A DNA stretch of 62,983 bases, filler included, from Octopus bimaculoides (Eukaryota): assembly GCF_001194135.2 (NCBI RefSeq). It is 5 parts of 5 records of this genome, joined end to end, with 100 filler letters (N's around TTAATTAATTAA, not from the genome) between each part and the next. Parts side by side here need not be neighbours in the genome. Positions count along the whole stretch, not along the records: positions 50,370 to 55,694 come from NC_068981.1; positions 55,795 to 60,683 come from NC_069009.1; positions 60,784 to 62,983 come from NW_026307388.1; 2 more parts are not named here. The stretch is one strand, 5' to 3'. Numbering within the stretch: position 1 is the first letter of the stretch; the number at the start of each line of letters is the position of its first letter. Of the stretch, positions 51,031-62,983 are shown piece by piece. A model generated the notes under the pieces. The model was given only the letters and a program-made list of their open reading frames with translations, did no database searches and was not told the origin of the DNA. The position numbers and the translations under genes were made by a program.

Positions 51031-52238
51031 TTCAGTATCCAGTCTGTTATATATGATTCTACAAGTCTATGACCTTATACTGCGTTTTATGTCTTCTTCG
51101 ATGATACATGGTTTTGATACTTCAAACATATCATCAGTCTTTATGGAGAAGTTCCATAAAATCCGGTATTTGTTATTACCATCACAGACTGTACTTCGTA
51201 TTCAAACCTCTTTTCTGTCATTTTGAATCCATAAACTTGACTAAGATCCCCAAGAACTCATTCACTAATACAGTCATGCATGCGTTTATAGTCTTTATGT
51301 GCATTCGTACTGCATTCACTAACAAGACGATAAATACGTTTGCCCGCTTTTCTACAGATTCTGCGTTTCCATTTTGACTTAGTTTTATCTGTTTTTATAC
51401 TTATCAAGTTTAGTCTAATGGTTTGTTGCTTAGTAACAATAATTAGCCTTTTAGTCCTTTTTTTTTTTACAATTTTCGTTGGAATATTTGTAAAAATCAT
51501 TATAATTGCCTGAGGAAAATTTGCCCTCGAAATCCGGGGCACAAGGCAAATAAATTAAGATGTTTGTTTCGCAAAATATTTGAAATTTTATTTCTGTACA
51601 TAACTCTTTGCACATCTACAATGGTTATCAAACACAAATTATGCTACACAGTAATGCTTACAACAACGAACAAAATAGAAATTTTCTCATCTCAAATGAG
51701 CAAAAACTATACCCCTACCTGCTGTGCCTTTAGAACAGAAGAATCAACTGAATCCATTTGCCAGACGCACCTCTAACTCTACATTTGGGTTCAGTGTATG
51801 GGGAATGCAAAAGATAGATTACTAATAGAACTAAAATTCTGACACCGAACTTAAAAGAGGCTCTACTGAATAAAATTTCTCAATACTCTAATAAAGTGCT
51901 CAATGGTGCATTTCGGGGTTCTCGAACAAAACTTGAAAAAAGTGAGCAACGGGTGCTCTAACTCCAGGTAGCCAATAATCCTTCATTTTTTGCTTTCCTC
52001 CAACTGTATTTTGTTTTATTATGTATTTTATACTTTTTATTTATTTTTATACAATGTGTATGTACGTGTATATATGCATGTGCGTTGTGCGTATGTACGT
52101 GTGCGTGTATATGTACGTGTGCATGGAAGCATTAAGAATTTTAAATGCACAAACATAATCACACAACATATGTATGTATGCCTATATTCCTATATGCTTG
52201 TATAATATATAATATATATTCTATTTATCTATCTATAA

Positions 52239-52275
<37 letters not shown>

Positions 52276-53599
52276 CAGATAGATAGATAGATAGATAGAT
52301 AGATGCATACATACACTCAACCATACACAATGCACATATACATATGTATATATGTATGTGTGCACATGTCTGTGTGTGTGCGTGTGTGTGTGTACATGTT
52401 ATGTGTATTTTATTATATAAGCTTATAGGTATGTAGGAGTGTGTACCTATGTGTGTGATTATGTGCGTACATTTAAAATTCCTAATACGTCCTTCCATGT
52501 ACTGCATAACTTTTCTTAGCCCCATCTTCACAATTTGTGAATACATTTTGCTCATCATCCATATCTTTTCTTTCTTTGCATCTCTGAGTGAAAGTTTCGT
52601 ACTTTCCTCATATTTTCCATTCCTTGCAACTAATAAAGAAAAGATTATTATTTGATGACACTGGTTTGGCGGAGTCGTTTGAGCATTGGAAAAAAACGCC
52701 ACATGGTAGTTGTAAATCGGCTTTACATTTTGAATTCAAAATCTGCCGTGGAAAACTTTGCTCTTCACCTTTCAGATTCGATAAAATAAAGTACCAATGT
52801 GGTCGACTGTATCGACAACCCTACTATCTCCAAAATTATTAGCCTAGAGACTAAATCACAAACAATAATAATTATTATTGTGTTTGCAAGTGTAAGGTGT
52901 CGTCATGGTGCTCGTCGGTTTTTACTGAATTGTAAAGCTAACTAGCGTCAGAAAAGCCTAGCTGCTTTTGTGAAATTGTCGCTCCTTCTAGATGAATTTT
53001 GAGACGTTTTACTAAAGAAATTACAGATTTAGAAAAAAGAATAAAGCTTTGCAAAGCCAAGAAAAAGATAGCTGTTGAAACAACCAATAAAGAGTAGCTG
53101 GCAGTTCAAATAGCTAATATAGCCAATATATTTCATACTACTCCCTGTTGCCAGAAAATATATGAACAAGAATAGCAATGTCAACAACAACAAAAACTCC
53201 GATGAAAACAACGCAAATAAAGAGACACGTGAAAACAACACCTACTGTTATAACCACTGCCGATCAAAACAGGAACAGCAACAATAATAACAATACAAAA
53301 AACGAGCAGGAAGACACAAATGAACACGGGTAATAGAAAGAAAAAACAGTTTGTCAACTCAATAGACCTGAAAATTCCATTCACAACAACAAAAGTTAAA
53401 ATTGAACATCACAATTAACAATTTTAAGTTAGCAGGTTCGCAAACGTCCTGCGAAAGTGGGGGGTGGGTAATTAGATTAACGTCTCACCCTAAAATCCCA
53501 GTGAGGTCTAACAGAAACAAAGAATTTCAGAATTCATCCGATAAGAAACTAATCTGCAAACTGTAATTTATAAAACTATAGGAATAAAAAACTGGAAAA

Positions 53600-53801
53600 T
53601 AGAACAAGTGACACAACAGCAAACAGAAAAGACTTTTCGGACGGACCTGAGTCACCAAAAAGTACGTAGCCAGGGGGGAAATACGGCACGGTCACGATCA
53701 GATTCCCTACAGTGAATGAAGCGGAGAAGCTTCCACAACATTTAAGTGTGATGAATTGGTTCCACACCAACCTACCTTTCCCGTAGAAGAGTAACGTTAA
53801 A
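53600..53801 (+). mobile_element. Possible L1/Tx1 ORF1 fragment
   Basis: GGKYGTVTIRFPTVNEAEKL..VMNW loosely resembles an RRM-like LINE ORF1; runs into a gap. Confidence 0.25.
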
Positions 53802-54114
53802 GNNNNNNNNNNNNNNNNNNNNNNNNNNNNNNNNNNNNNNNNNNNNNNNNNNNNNNNNNNNNNNNNNNNNNNNNNNNNNNNNNNNNNNNNNNNNNNNNNN
53901 NNNNNNNNNNNNNNNNNNNNNNNNNNNNNNNNNNNNNNNNNNNNNNNNNNNNNNNNNNNNNNNNNNNNNNNNNNNNNNNNNNNNNNNNNNNNNNNNNNNN
54001 NNNNNNNNNNNNNNNNNNNNNNNNNNNNNNNNNNNNNNNNNNNNNNNNNNNNNNNNNNNNNNNNNNNNNNNNNNNNNNNNNNNNNNNNNNNNNNNNNNNN
54101 NCACACACACACAA

Positions 54115-54146
<32 letters not shown>

Positions 54147-55289
54147 ACACACACAAACAGACACACTAACACACATAGCGCAGAAGATTTCAATATGATA
54201 CTCAAGTACACACACATCTTCCTAGAGAAAATATCTGTCAGTGATAATACAAAAATCAAACAGCTGACGCCAAATTATCCTAAACACGCCCAGAACCTCG
54301 ATTTCTCTATTCATAAGAGAAATATTAACGCTGCTCTACATTATCAGTTGTAGTTTTTGTTGTCTTTACTAATAACTATATATCATCAGTCAGCACAGCA
54401 CTTCTAAAATCGATGGACAAAACTAGTTATCTACCTTGTTTGTGCCCAGCCGATTTAATACGCATACACACACACACACCACACACACACCACACACACA
54501 CACACACCACACACACACACACACATACACACACACACTTATATATGTATANNNNNNNNNNNNNNNNNNNNNNNNNNNNNNNNNNNNNNNNNNNNNNNNN
54601 NNNNNNNNNNNNNNNNNNNNNNNNNNNNNNNNNNNNNNNNNNNNNNNNNNNNNNNNNNNNNNNNNNNNNNNNNNNNNNNNNNNNNNNNNNNNNNNNNNNN
54701 NNNNNNNNNNNNNNNNNNNNNNNNNNNNNNNNNNNNNNNNNNNNNNNNNNNNNNNNNNNNNNNNNNNNNNNNNNNNNNNNNNNNNNNNNNNNNNNNNNNN
54801 NNNNNNNNNNNNNNNNNNNNNNNNNNNNNNNNNNNNNNNNNNNNNNNNNNNNNNNNNNNNNNNNNNNNNNNNNNNNNNNNNTATATATATATATATATAT
54901 ATGTATACTGACTTCAAACAAACTTTCTTGGTCTGCGTCGACAAGACTTGTGTCGTTTACTAAATTCGGTAGAAAGAGTACAGTGAACTTGGCGTCGAGT
55001 GGGTTGAAAAATCCAACATTTCGGGCGAAATACTATATAAGAGAAAAATTGAGATGGAGAAGCTGCAGCTAGTATTTCTCACTTAAATTATGGAAAATTC
55101 TGTTGTGTCTCATATTTCGGAAGTGTCAACTTTTCCCCTGAAGTAGGGGCTGTCTAAAATGTCGGATTTCCACTCCCCACGGCAAGTTGACTCTACTCTA
55201 TTTGTCTTTACACACACACACGCAAAAGCACACTCATCTATCAATATATGTGTGTGTGTGTGTATGTGTGTGTGTCTATGCGTATTCTC

Positions 55290-55460
55290 TGACACGTTTC
55301 AGTCATTTCACTGTGGCCATGCTGGAGCACCACCTTAAAGGGCTTTAGCCGAACAAATCGACCTCAGGCTTTATACCTTGAAAGCCTAGTACTTATTTTA
55401 GTGATATCTTTTGCCGAGCCGCTAATATACGGGAACATAAACACACAAACGTGAGTTGTC
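55290..55460 (-). mobile_element. SINE family 1, 3' half
   Basis: TTTCAGTCATTT.ACTGTGGCCATGCTGGAGCACC..GCCTAGTACTTAT. Confidence 0.8.
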
Positions 55461-55520
55461 AAGCACAGACACAAATACACACACACATATACATACACAT
55501 ATATATATATATATATATAT

Positions 55521-55577
<57 letters not shown>

Positions 55578-55694
55578 GACATACATACATACATACATAC
55601 ACACACACACATGTGTATATATATATATATACCTTGGTAACTATTTATTTTTTCCGTGTTATTTGTACACATTGAAAAAATACACATAATTATA

Positions 55695-55794
55695 NNNNNN
55701 NNNNNNNNNNNNNNNNNNNNNNNNNNNNNNNNNNNNNNTTAATTAATTAANNNNNNNNNNNNNNNNNNNNNNNNNNNNNNNNNNNNNNNNNNNN
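55695..55794. other. Artificial 100-bp spacer
   Basis: 44N + TTAATTAATTAA (55739-55750) + 44N. Confidence 0.95.
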
Positions 55795-55880
55795 TTCCTT
55801 CCTTCCCCCTCCCAAAAAGAAAAGCTCTACATTGTATTTGTCCCATCTTCGTTGAGCCCTGTGTGGCTAATAAAAGAAAT
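55795..55880 (+). mobile_element. L1/Tx1-like 3' UTR end with (TATC)n tail
   Basis: TTGTCCCATCTT.GTTGAGCCCTGTGTGGCTAATAAAAGAAAT; near-identical to about 56760-56845 and similar to the minus-strand UTR at 29349-29400. Confidence 0.6.
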
Positions 55881-56109
55881 GTATCTATCTATCTTTCTAT
55901 CGATCTATCTACCTACCTATCCATCTATCTACCTAATTATCTATTTATCCATCTATCCCTCTATCTATCTATCGATTTATCTATTATCTATCTACATGTA
56001 CTTTGGTCTGTTCTTGTACTTTAAACAAATCCAAAGATTTCTTTTATTCTGAGAAATAATATAACTACGTTTTTTTTTAATATTCTTTTATTCTATTATT
56101 CTTTCATTT

Positions 56110-56540
56110 GTTTCAGTCACTGTTGATGTTTGCATTGTATGCACCAGGATAGGGTATATGGAGTATTTTTAGATTGAAGGTTGTGTATATAAGTTGCTCA
56201 AGTGGTTGATAATTTAGAGTTTAGATTGGAGAAAGAGTTCAAGTGTACTTGAAATCTGTGCTGCCAATATAAACCCTTGCATGGTGGGAACATGATGTTA
56301 TAACACGCCACTTGTAGGCTACATTTCTACGTAGACAGAAAGTCTGCCAGCAGTTATGGTTGAGAAAACTGTCACTTGCAAGCTTTCCTGCCTTGCAAGC
56401 TTTCCTGTAACTTGAAGTTTAATGACACTGAGATTGAGTGGTTCATTGTTTGAGGTGAGGGGAAGAACTGTATTTGAATAATTTATTTGGTGGTGGTATT
56501 CCAGCTCTTGTTTGTTGTGTAGGTAGGCTTGTAGGATGAT
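56110..56540 (-). mobile_element. Penelope-like GIY-YIG fragment, decayed
   Basis: FCLRRNVAYKWRV..RVYIGSTDFK, followed by YIHNLQSKNTPYTLSW. Confidence 0.75.
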
Positions 56541-56659
56541 GGCTTGAATCTAGTATTATCTGATTGAGTGGGGTTACTGAGCGTTGCGCAGGAGGAATGT
56601 TTGACATCCTGTTTATCTATCTATCTATCTATCTGTCTATCTATTTATCTATCTATCGC

Positions 56660-56845
56660 TTTTTTTTTCTTTTCTCTCGATCCCTTTTGATCGAACTGCC
56701 CCCTTTTTTCCTTCCTACAATCCCTTTTGATCGACACACCCCTTTCTCTTTTTTTTCTCTTTCCTTCCCCCCGCCCAAAAAGAAAAGCTCTTCATTGTAT
56801 TTGTCCCATCTTTGTTGAGCCCTGTGTGGCTAATAAAAGAAATGT
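56660..56845 (+). mobile_element. L1/Tx1-like 3' UTR end with (TATC)n tail
   Basis: As for 55795-55880. Confidence 0.6.
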
Positions 56846-56952
56846 ATCTCTCTACCTACCTATCTATCTATCTATCTATCTATTTCTATCTACCTACCTA
56901 TCTATCTATCCATCTATCCATCCATCTATCTATCTGTATATCTATTGGGCTG

Positions 56953-56983
<31 letters not shown>

Positions 56984-57029
56984 CTGTGAAGAAAATAAAC
57001 AGTCAAGAGGTATGAGAATGAATATATTT

Positions 57030-57290
57030 ATTTAACCACTTGATGTTTTTAGGTTGCATTACAGCTGTTTCGCAACATTCCTCACAGAGTAATATTTTCA
57101 GTGTGGGTTAATTTGGGGGTGCAGTGTAAGAGTTTAGATGTTCAGAGAACTGGTGTTGGAGTTTTCGCTTGTTTGAGGAGGCAATTATGGATCACAAATT
57201 AGGTGTAGTGAAGTAGGAGATTTTCACCAATGATTTGTTAAAGATGGGATAGTATTTATGCTGATGGTGGAAAATTAAACTTTAGGCAAT
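57030..57290 (-). mobile_element. Penelope-like linker fragment
   Basis: FPP/QHKYYPIFNKSLVKISYFTTPNL*SIIASSNKRKL. Confidence 0.75.
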
Positions 57291-57859
57291 AATAGAAGAC
57301 ACTTCACAGTGCAAATGAAGCCAGAACGATATGGTTGGCAAGCAATCGTGTTACTACACAGCCACACCTATGCCTACATGTACAGTTATGCCTGCGCCTG
57401 TGTTTATTTTATTCATTACGTTCACTGGCAAATGTATTTAATCAATATTATTGAAATATAAATGTCCATTTTCCCATTCACTGCACAGTAGTAAATTGTC
57501 TGACAAAGAAGTCAATTTATTGATATTTATTCTTCGTCAGGTTATTTTTACATAATAACAATAGCTGATGCATATTGGTTGTAAAGGTTAGTGTGTTTAA
57601 CTGCCTTCAACCTATATAGATAGGATTATCATTGAATTTGATATCATCCAGAAGTGGACTTATCAAATGTTATCATCTTAGTGATTTTGCTATTTCATTT
57701 GTATCCTGCAATCTGGTTATTTTGAGTAATAATTGAATGACTAATGTTCACCCATTGTTTATCTTCAAAACATGGAGGGGCAATATGTCTATCATTATCA
57801 AAAACTGTCAGATCTTCAACTGACTCATGTTTCTGAAAAAAATCAACAAACTCAATGTA

Positions 57860-58099
57860 TTGGGTTGTCCAGAAAGTTTGTGACGATTTATAGTAGCTTA
57901 CCTTTTCAACTTATTTGCCATGAAACCACCTCAATTCTGGGAAGAGGGTATTTTCAAGTTAAAGGAAAGATGGAGACGCATTGTGCAACAAAATGGTTCA
58001 TATTTGGTTGATTAAAAATGTAATGGCAAGTATTTATTGACCTTTTTCTTCCCTTTAAAAACCGGCATGAACTGTGTTCTAACTTTCTGGACAACCCAA
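57860..58099 (+). mobile_element. Mariner-derived MITE (about 240 bp)
   Basis: TIRs TTGGGTTGTCCAGAAAGTT / AACTTTCTGGACAACCCAA; internal FWEEGIFKLKERWRRIVQQNGSY transposase end. Confidence 0.88.
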
Positions 58100-58550
58100 T
58101 TCACATTAAGCTGATTGTTTGTTATGTAATCTCTCACAGCGATACACAGTAATGTAAGTAGAAAGGCCCAGAGAATGAGTGCCTAGTTACTACTTAACAA
58201 CCACATTATTTATTGCAAACAAGCGCCTAGTGTCTATCAGATGAATAAACAATTTATTAATACAAGCATCATAGTAACCGGATGGAAATATGATAATACT
58301 ATTACTACTACCACCACCACAATCAACACTAGTATTGTATTGAATTACTTTTTCCCTCATGACAAAGCAAACAGTGTTTCAATTAGCTAACAACTCGACT
58401 AATTTAGTTGAAATTTAAATTACATTGACTAATTTTGGTCTCAATACCAGTGAATATAGATTTCACATCTCTATAGACTTTTAATTTAAAATTTAAAAGA
58501 TGTAGATATAAGTAGAATATAATTCATACTGGAAAAATAGTCAATATAAA

Positions 58551-58740
58551 GGCGGTGGGCTGGCAGAAACGTTAGCATGCCGGGTGAAATGCCTAGTGGT
58601 ATTTCGTCTGCCTTTATGTTCTGAGTTCAAATTCCGCCGAGGTCAACTTTGCCTTTCATTCTTTCAGGGTCAATAAATTAAGTACCAGTTGTGTACTGGA
58701 GTCGATCTAATTTCAGGCTTTGTGCCTAGATTAGAAAAGA
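58551..58740 (+). mobile_element. tRNA-derived SINE family 2
   Basis: GGCGGTGGGCTGGCAGAA A box; GAGTTCAAATTCC B box; tail TTGTGCCTAGATTAGAAAAG. Confidence 0.88.
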
Positions 58741-59244
58741 ATATAAATATGGTTGTCCAAAATGGAGGTACATAGTGGTGGGTTGTGGGGTACAATAAGG
58801 CAACCTGGGCCAAAAGTCTGTGTTCTAACAACAGGAGGAGCATTGAAATAATCAGTTAAAAACACGGTATCTGTGCCAACGCAAATATACTGACATTTTG
58901 GGATGAGGTGCAGGCCTCGGAAATATCCCCACCCCCACTGATCTTTTTATCTGCACGATTTTTTGTTGTTGTTGGCACTCCGTCGCTTATGACGACGAGG
59001 GTTCCAGTTGACACGGACTTTTTGGTGTGGAGGGGTGGCCCCTCCCCATTTTTTTCGTTCGGGTAAGAAGATCAATGGGAGTGGGGGTGAAATTTCCGAG
59101 GCTTCAACCTCACCACACAATTCATGTTCCTAACACTAGCTGAAAGATAACTAAGTTATTTTACTAAATTCGTTGTTATATTTAAAATTAATTGAAAGAA
59201 ACACAGAACATCTCAACAGAAATACAGTAACAAAAGGCTGTAAA

Positions 59245-59278
59245 TCTATATATATATAAATGAGAATGTGTGTCTGTC

Positions 59279-59318
<40 letters not shown>

Positions 59319-59650
59319 TGTTTCCCTAAAACTCGAGAACTACACAACCAATTTCATTCAAATTTTACACGTACCTTACTTAGGGTCCGGGTTGTGTTTT
59401 AGTCAAAAAAAATGTTTAACTTCTTGCATAGTTCGAGCCCACAGCAACATAATATCTCCTCCACTATTTAAGTATTACGTGTCAAAAGTGAAACAAAAGC
59501 ACTCCATAATATCTCCTCCACTATTTAAGTATTACGTGTCAAAAGTGAAACACAAGCACTCATGTCAAATACTTTCACTTTAAAAATTAAACTATTCCAC
59601 TAACTGAAACAATCAAATTTCGATAATATAATGACAGATACTTTCACTTT
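59245..59650 (+). mobile_element. Helitron-like repeat, copy 2, with an internal tandem duplication of about 57 bp
   Basis: Matches 49952-50269; CATAATATCTCCTCCACT...GCACTC occurs twice (about 59448-59562). Confidence 0.55.
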
Positions 59651-60683
59651 AATGGTTTCAGAGAGAGAGATGTATATGTATACATATAGACGTATATGTA
59701 CACGTATATGTATAGATATATATAGAGATATAGATCTATATGCATACATGTATATGTATACATATGTGTAGATGTATATATAGATGTACATGTAATATGT
59801 ACACATATATACATGCATACAGATATCTATGCATATATACACTCACACACACACACATACACAAAAACGCACACATTAGTCATTTGTTTTTTTTATCCAA
59901 AACTACGTAAAAAGTACTGAATGGATCTTTATGAAATTTAGAAATTATATTCAAGGCATAACGGCCATAACCACCATGAAAATTCATATATTTTTTATGT
60001 TAATGAAATTTTAACCATACAGATTACACACAAATAAAGTAGTATTTCTAAAATTTCTTCTTAGAAGTCACAAAGACCCCTTCATGGGGTACCGTTATAT
60101 TTAAGATTAATTGAAAGAAACACAGAGCATCTCAAAAGAAATACAGTAACGGAAGGGTTCGTTTCTAAAGGCGGTCGAGTGGCAGAATCTCTTACGTTCA
60201 AAATGTTAATTAAATCTGTAACTTTGAATGAATCGAACAGAATCCAGTGTATTGTTAGTGAGCGGAATTAATTGGTACTATTCAAGAAGAGAGTTCCCAG
60301 TGCTCGCACTCGAACATCCGTGTTAGCTAGTCGTGACTTTTGTTTGGTTATCCTTCGATACAAGTACTCGACTTCGTGCCTTCATTTACATCAATTCGGC
60401 AGTTCCCGCAAAAAATGTGTTAGGGAATTGGGAAAGGACGCGAAAGAGATAGAGAGAAAGCGCGCGAGTTCGCAATGCAAACAGTGGCTGTAGGACAAAG
60501 AAAAAAAGCAAACACCAAGCAAAAAGAAAAAAACATACCTTCTCTCACTTTATCTCCTCTCTCCCTCCCTTACACAACAGAGTCCACTTAAATTCCTCTT
60601 AAATTCCAGAAAAATGAACATTTTTTCGTGAAATTTTCTACAAATATACTTTGATGTATGTACATTTCGAGTATGTAGGAATT

Positions 60684-60783
60684 NNNNNNNNNNNNNNNNN
60701 NNNNNNNNNNNNNNNNNNNNNNNNNNNTTAATTAATTAANNNNNNNNNNNNNNNNNNNNNNNNNNNNNNNNNNNNNNNNNNNN
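60684..60783. other. Artificial 100-bp spacer
   Basis: 44N + TTAATTAATTAA (60728-60739) + 44N. Confidence 0.95.
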
Positions 60784-60875
60784 ATATATATATGCATATA
60801 CACATACATATATGCATACATACACATATATATATATATATAAATATATAAATATAAGTGCAGAGATGATTATAA

Positions 60876-61030
60876 GGCGCGAGCATGGTTGTGTGGTTTA
60901 GAAGTTTGCTTCCCAACCACTTGCCTTTAGGTTCAGTCCCGCTGCATGGCACCTTCACCAAGTATCTTTCGCTATAGTTACAGCCTAACGAAAGACTTTT
61001 CAGTGGATTTAGTAAATAAAAACTGAAAGA
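60876..61030 (+). mobile_element. SINE family 1, 5' half
   Basis: GGCGCGAGCATGGTTGTGTGG..GGTTCAGTCCC..GGCACCTT. Confidence 0.8.
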
Positions 61031-61174
61031 CACCTCTCATCCATCTTTATAGTTATCACCTACTCACCCCTCTTTTCCCTACTTATCATCCATATATATA
61101 TATGTATGTAGAGGCGGTTTCGGATAGGTTGGTATCAAAAGGGTTAAGAATTGTTTCTCTATTATTTATTTTAA

Positions 61175-61396
61175 CCTTTTTGTTACCATATTTCTGTTGA
61201 GATGTTCTGTGTTTCTTTCAATTAATTCTAAATATAACAAAGAATTTAGTAAAATAACTTCGGTATCATTCAGCTAGTGTTAGGAACATAAATTGTGACT
61301 AAGGTTTGGTGGAAGATTTTAATTCAAAACTTATGAAAATAAGACATTTGTACTACAGAGCCAGAGGCGGTTTCAGGTGGGTTGGTATCGAAAGGG
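61175..61396 (+). mobile_element. TTAA-flanked MITE, piggyBac-like
   Basis: TTAA at 61171-74 and 61397-400; imperfect 13-bp TIRs CCTTTTTGTTACC / CCCTTTCGATACC. Partial copies at about 59103-59240, 60095-60157 and 61107-61147. Confidence 0.65.
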
Positions 61397-62416
61397 TTAA
61401 CAGCCCATCCCGTTGAACCGAGTGAAATCGTAGTCGTGGCCAATGCCAGTACCNNNNNNNNNNNNNNNNNNNNNNNNNNNNNNNNNNNNNNNNNNNNNNN
61501 NNNNNNNNNNNNNNNNNNNNNNNNNNNNNNNNNNNNNNNNNNNNNNNNNNNNNNNNNNNNNNNNNNNNNNNNNNNNNNNNNNNNNNNNNNNNNNNNNNNN
61601 NNNNNNNNNNNNNNNNNNNNNNNNNNNNNNNNNNNNNNNNNNNNNNNNNNNNNNNNNNNNNNNNNNNNNNNNNNNNNNNNNNNNNNNNNNNNNNNNNNNN
61701 NNNNNNNNNNNNNNNNNNNNNNNNNNNNNNNNNNNNNNNNNNNNNNNNNNNNNNNNNNNNNNNNNNNNNNNNNNNNNNNNNNNNNNNNNNNNNNNNNNNN
61801 NNNNNNNNNNNNNNNNNNNNNNNNNNNNNNNNNNNNNNNNNNNNNNNNNNNNNNNNNNNNNNNNNNNNNNNNNNNNNNNNNNNNNNNNNNNNNNNNNNNN
61901 NNNNNNNNNNNNNNNNNNNNNNNNNNNNNNNNNNNNNNNNNNNNNNNNNNNNNNNNNNNNNNNNNNNNNNNNNNNNNNNNNNNNNNNNNNNNNNNNNNNN
62001 NNNNNNNNNNNNNNNNNNNNNNNNNNNNNNNNNNNNNNNNNNNNNNNNNNNNNNNNNNNNNNNNNNNNNNNNNNNNNNNNNNNNNNNNNNNNNNNNNNNN
62101 NNNNNNNNNNNNNNNNNNNNNNNNNNNNNNNNNNNNNNNNNNNNNNNNNNNNNNNNNNNNNNNNNNNNNNNNNNNNNNNNNNNNNNNNNNNNNNNNNNNN
62201 NNNNNNNNNNNNNNNNNNNNNNNNNNNNNNNNNNNNNNNNNNNNNNNNNNNNNNNNNNNNNNNNNNNNNNNNNNNNNNNNNNNNNNNNNNNNNNNNNNNN
62301 NNNNNNNNNNNNNNNNCCATGAGATGCAAAGGTACCGTTTTCGATTTGAAGGCAATCAACAAACGACTACAGCTGATTATTTTGTGATCTCCAAAACAAA
62401 GTAAAGATAATAATAA

Positions 62417-62598
62417 CCGGGCCCCACCTGCGAGGTCATGCGCTGTTTATCTTGATATGAGATCACCATGTCGCGCACATAGGGTTGTGATGCATGTGCC
62501 TGGTGTACCCTTATCAGACGGACAGTCATGATGGGTATAATGGGCTTCGTATATTTTACCCCAGGGTCACTTTGATGGTATGCACTGCTCTCTCACTC
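62417..62598 (+). mobile_element. (AAT)n-embedded repeat, copy 3 (5'-truncated, CpGs intact)
   Basis: Preceded by GATAATAATAA and followed by (AAT)n; same 3' end as copy 1. Confidence 0.85.
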
Positions 62599-62983
62599 AA
62601 TAATAATAATACCATTATTATCATTATTGTTAATATTTTTATTATTATCATTTTACAGGTGGCCCAGGTGTTATATTCAGTTACAAAGCACTAAAAATAT
62701 TGGCCCCAAATCTGGATAATTGCAAAGGGGACACTGCCACGACCCATGAGGACACTGAATTAGGGAGGTGTGTGGAGAATTATCTCAAAGTTGAATGCAA
62801 ATCAAACAAAAAGGTAAAAATTAATCTAACTATCCCTCTATATATCTCTCTGTCTATCAGTCTCTCTCTCTCTCTACCTATCTCTCTAAAATAATTACAC
62901 ACACAGACATACATACACACGCACACACACACATACACACACATACATATACACGCACACACACACCACACACACACACACAC

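Overview
AT-rich, microsatellite-dense animal DNA from a gapped draft assembly. The repeat families look like those I recall from octopus; that is inference, not a database result. There is no intact gene, rRNA, true tRNA or CRISPR array. Nearly all recognisable sequence is transposon debris: six Penelope-like (GIY-YIG) fragments, eight R4/Dong-like LINE fragments, one young RTE LINE, Tx1/L1 and CR1 ends, two RT-less Gypsy LTR elements, five Tc1/mariner pieces, MITEs, Helitron-like repeats and many tRNA-derived SINEs. Four artificial 100-bp spacers (44N-TTAATTAATTAA-44N) split the window into five segments whose true adjacency is uncertain. The most interesting signals are: (i) a Penelope copy with a precise 5' inversion and 4-nt microhomology; (ii) degenerate hammerhead-ribozyme motifs downstream of Penelope fragments; (iii) a 29-kb CpG-depleted block in which TE copies show CpG decay that related copies outside lack, suggesting a methylated gene body, with one candidate terminal exon; (iv) an unclassified, variably 5'-truncated non-coding element always embedded in (AAT)n tracts, a candidate non-autonomous partner of R4/Dong. 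I found no clearly novel multi-gene system. Family assignments come from motif recognition by eye, and most boundaries are approximate.
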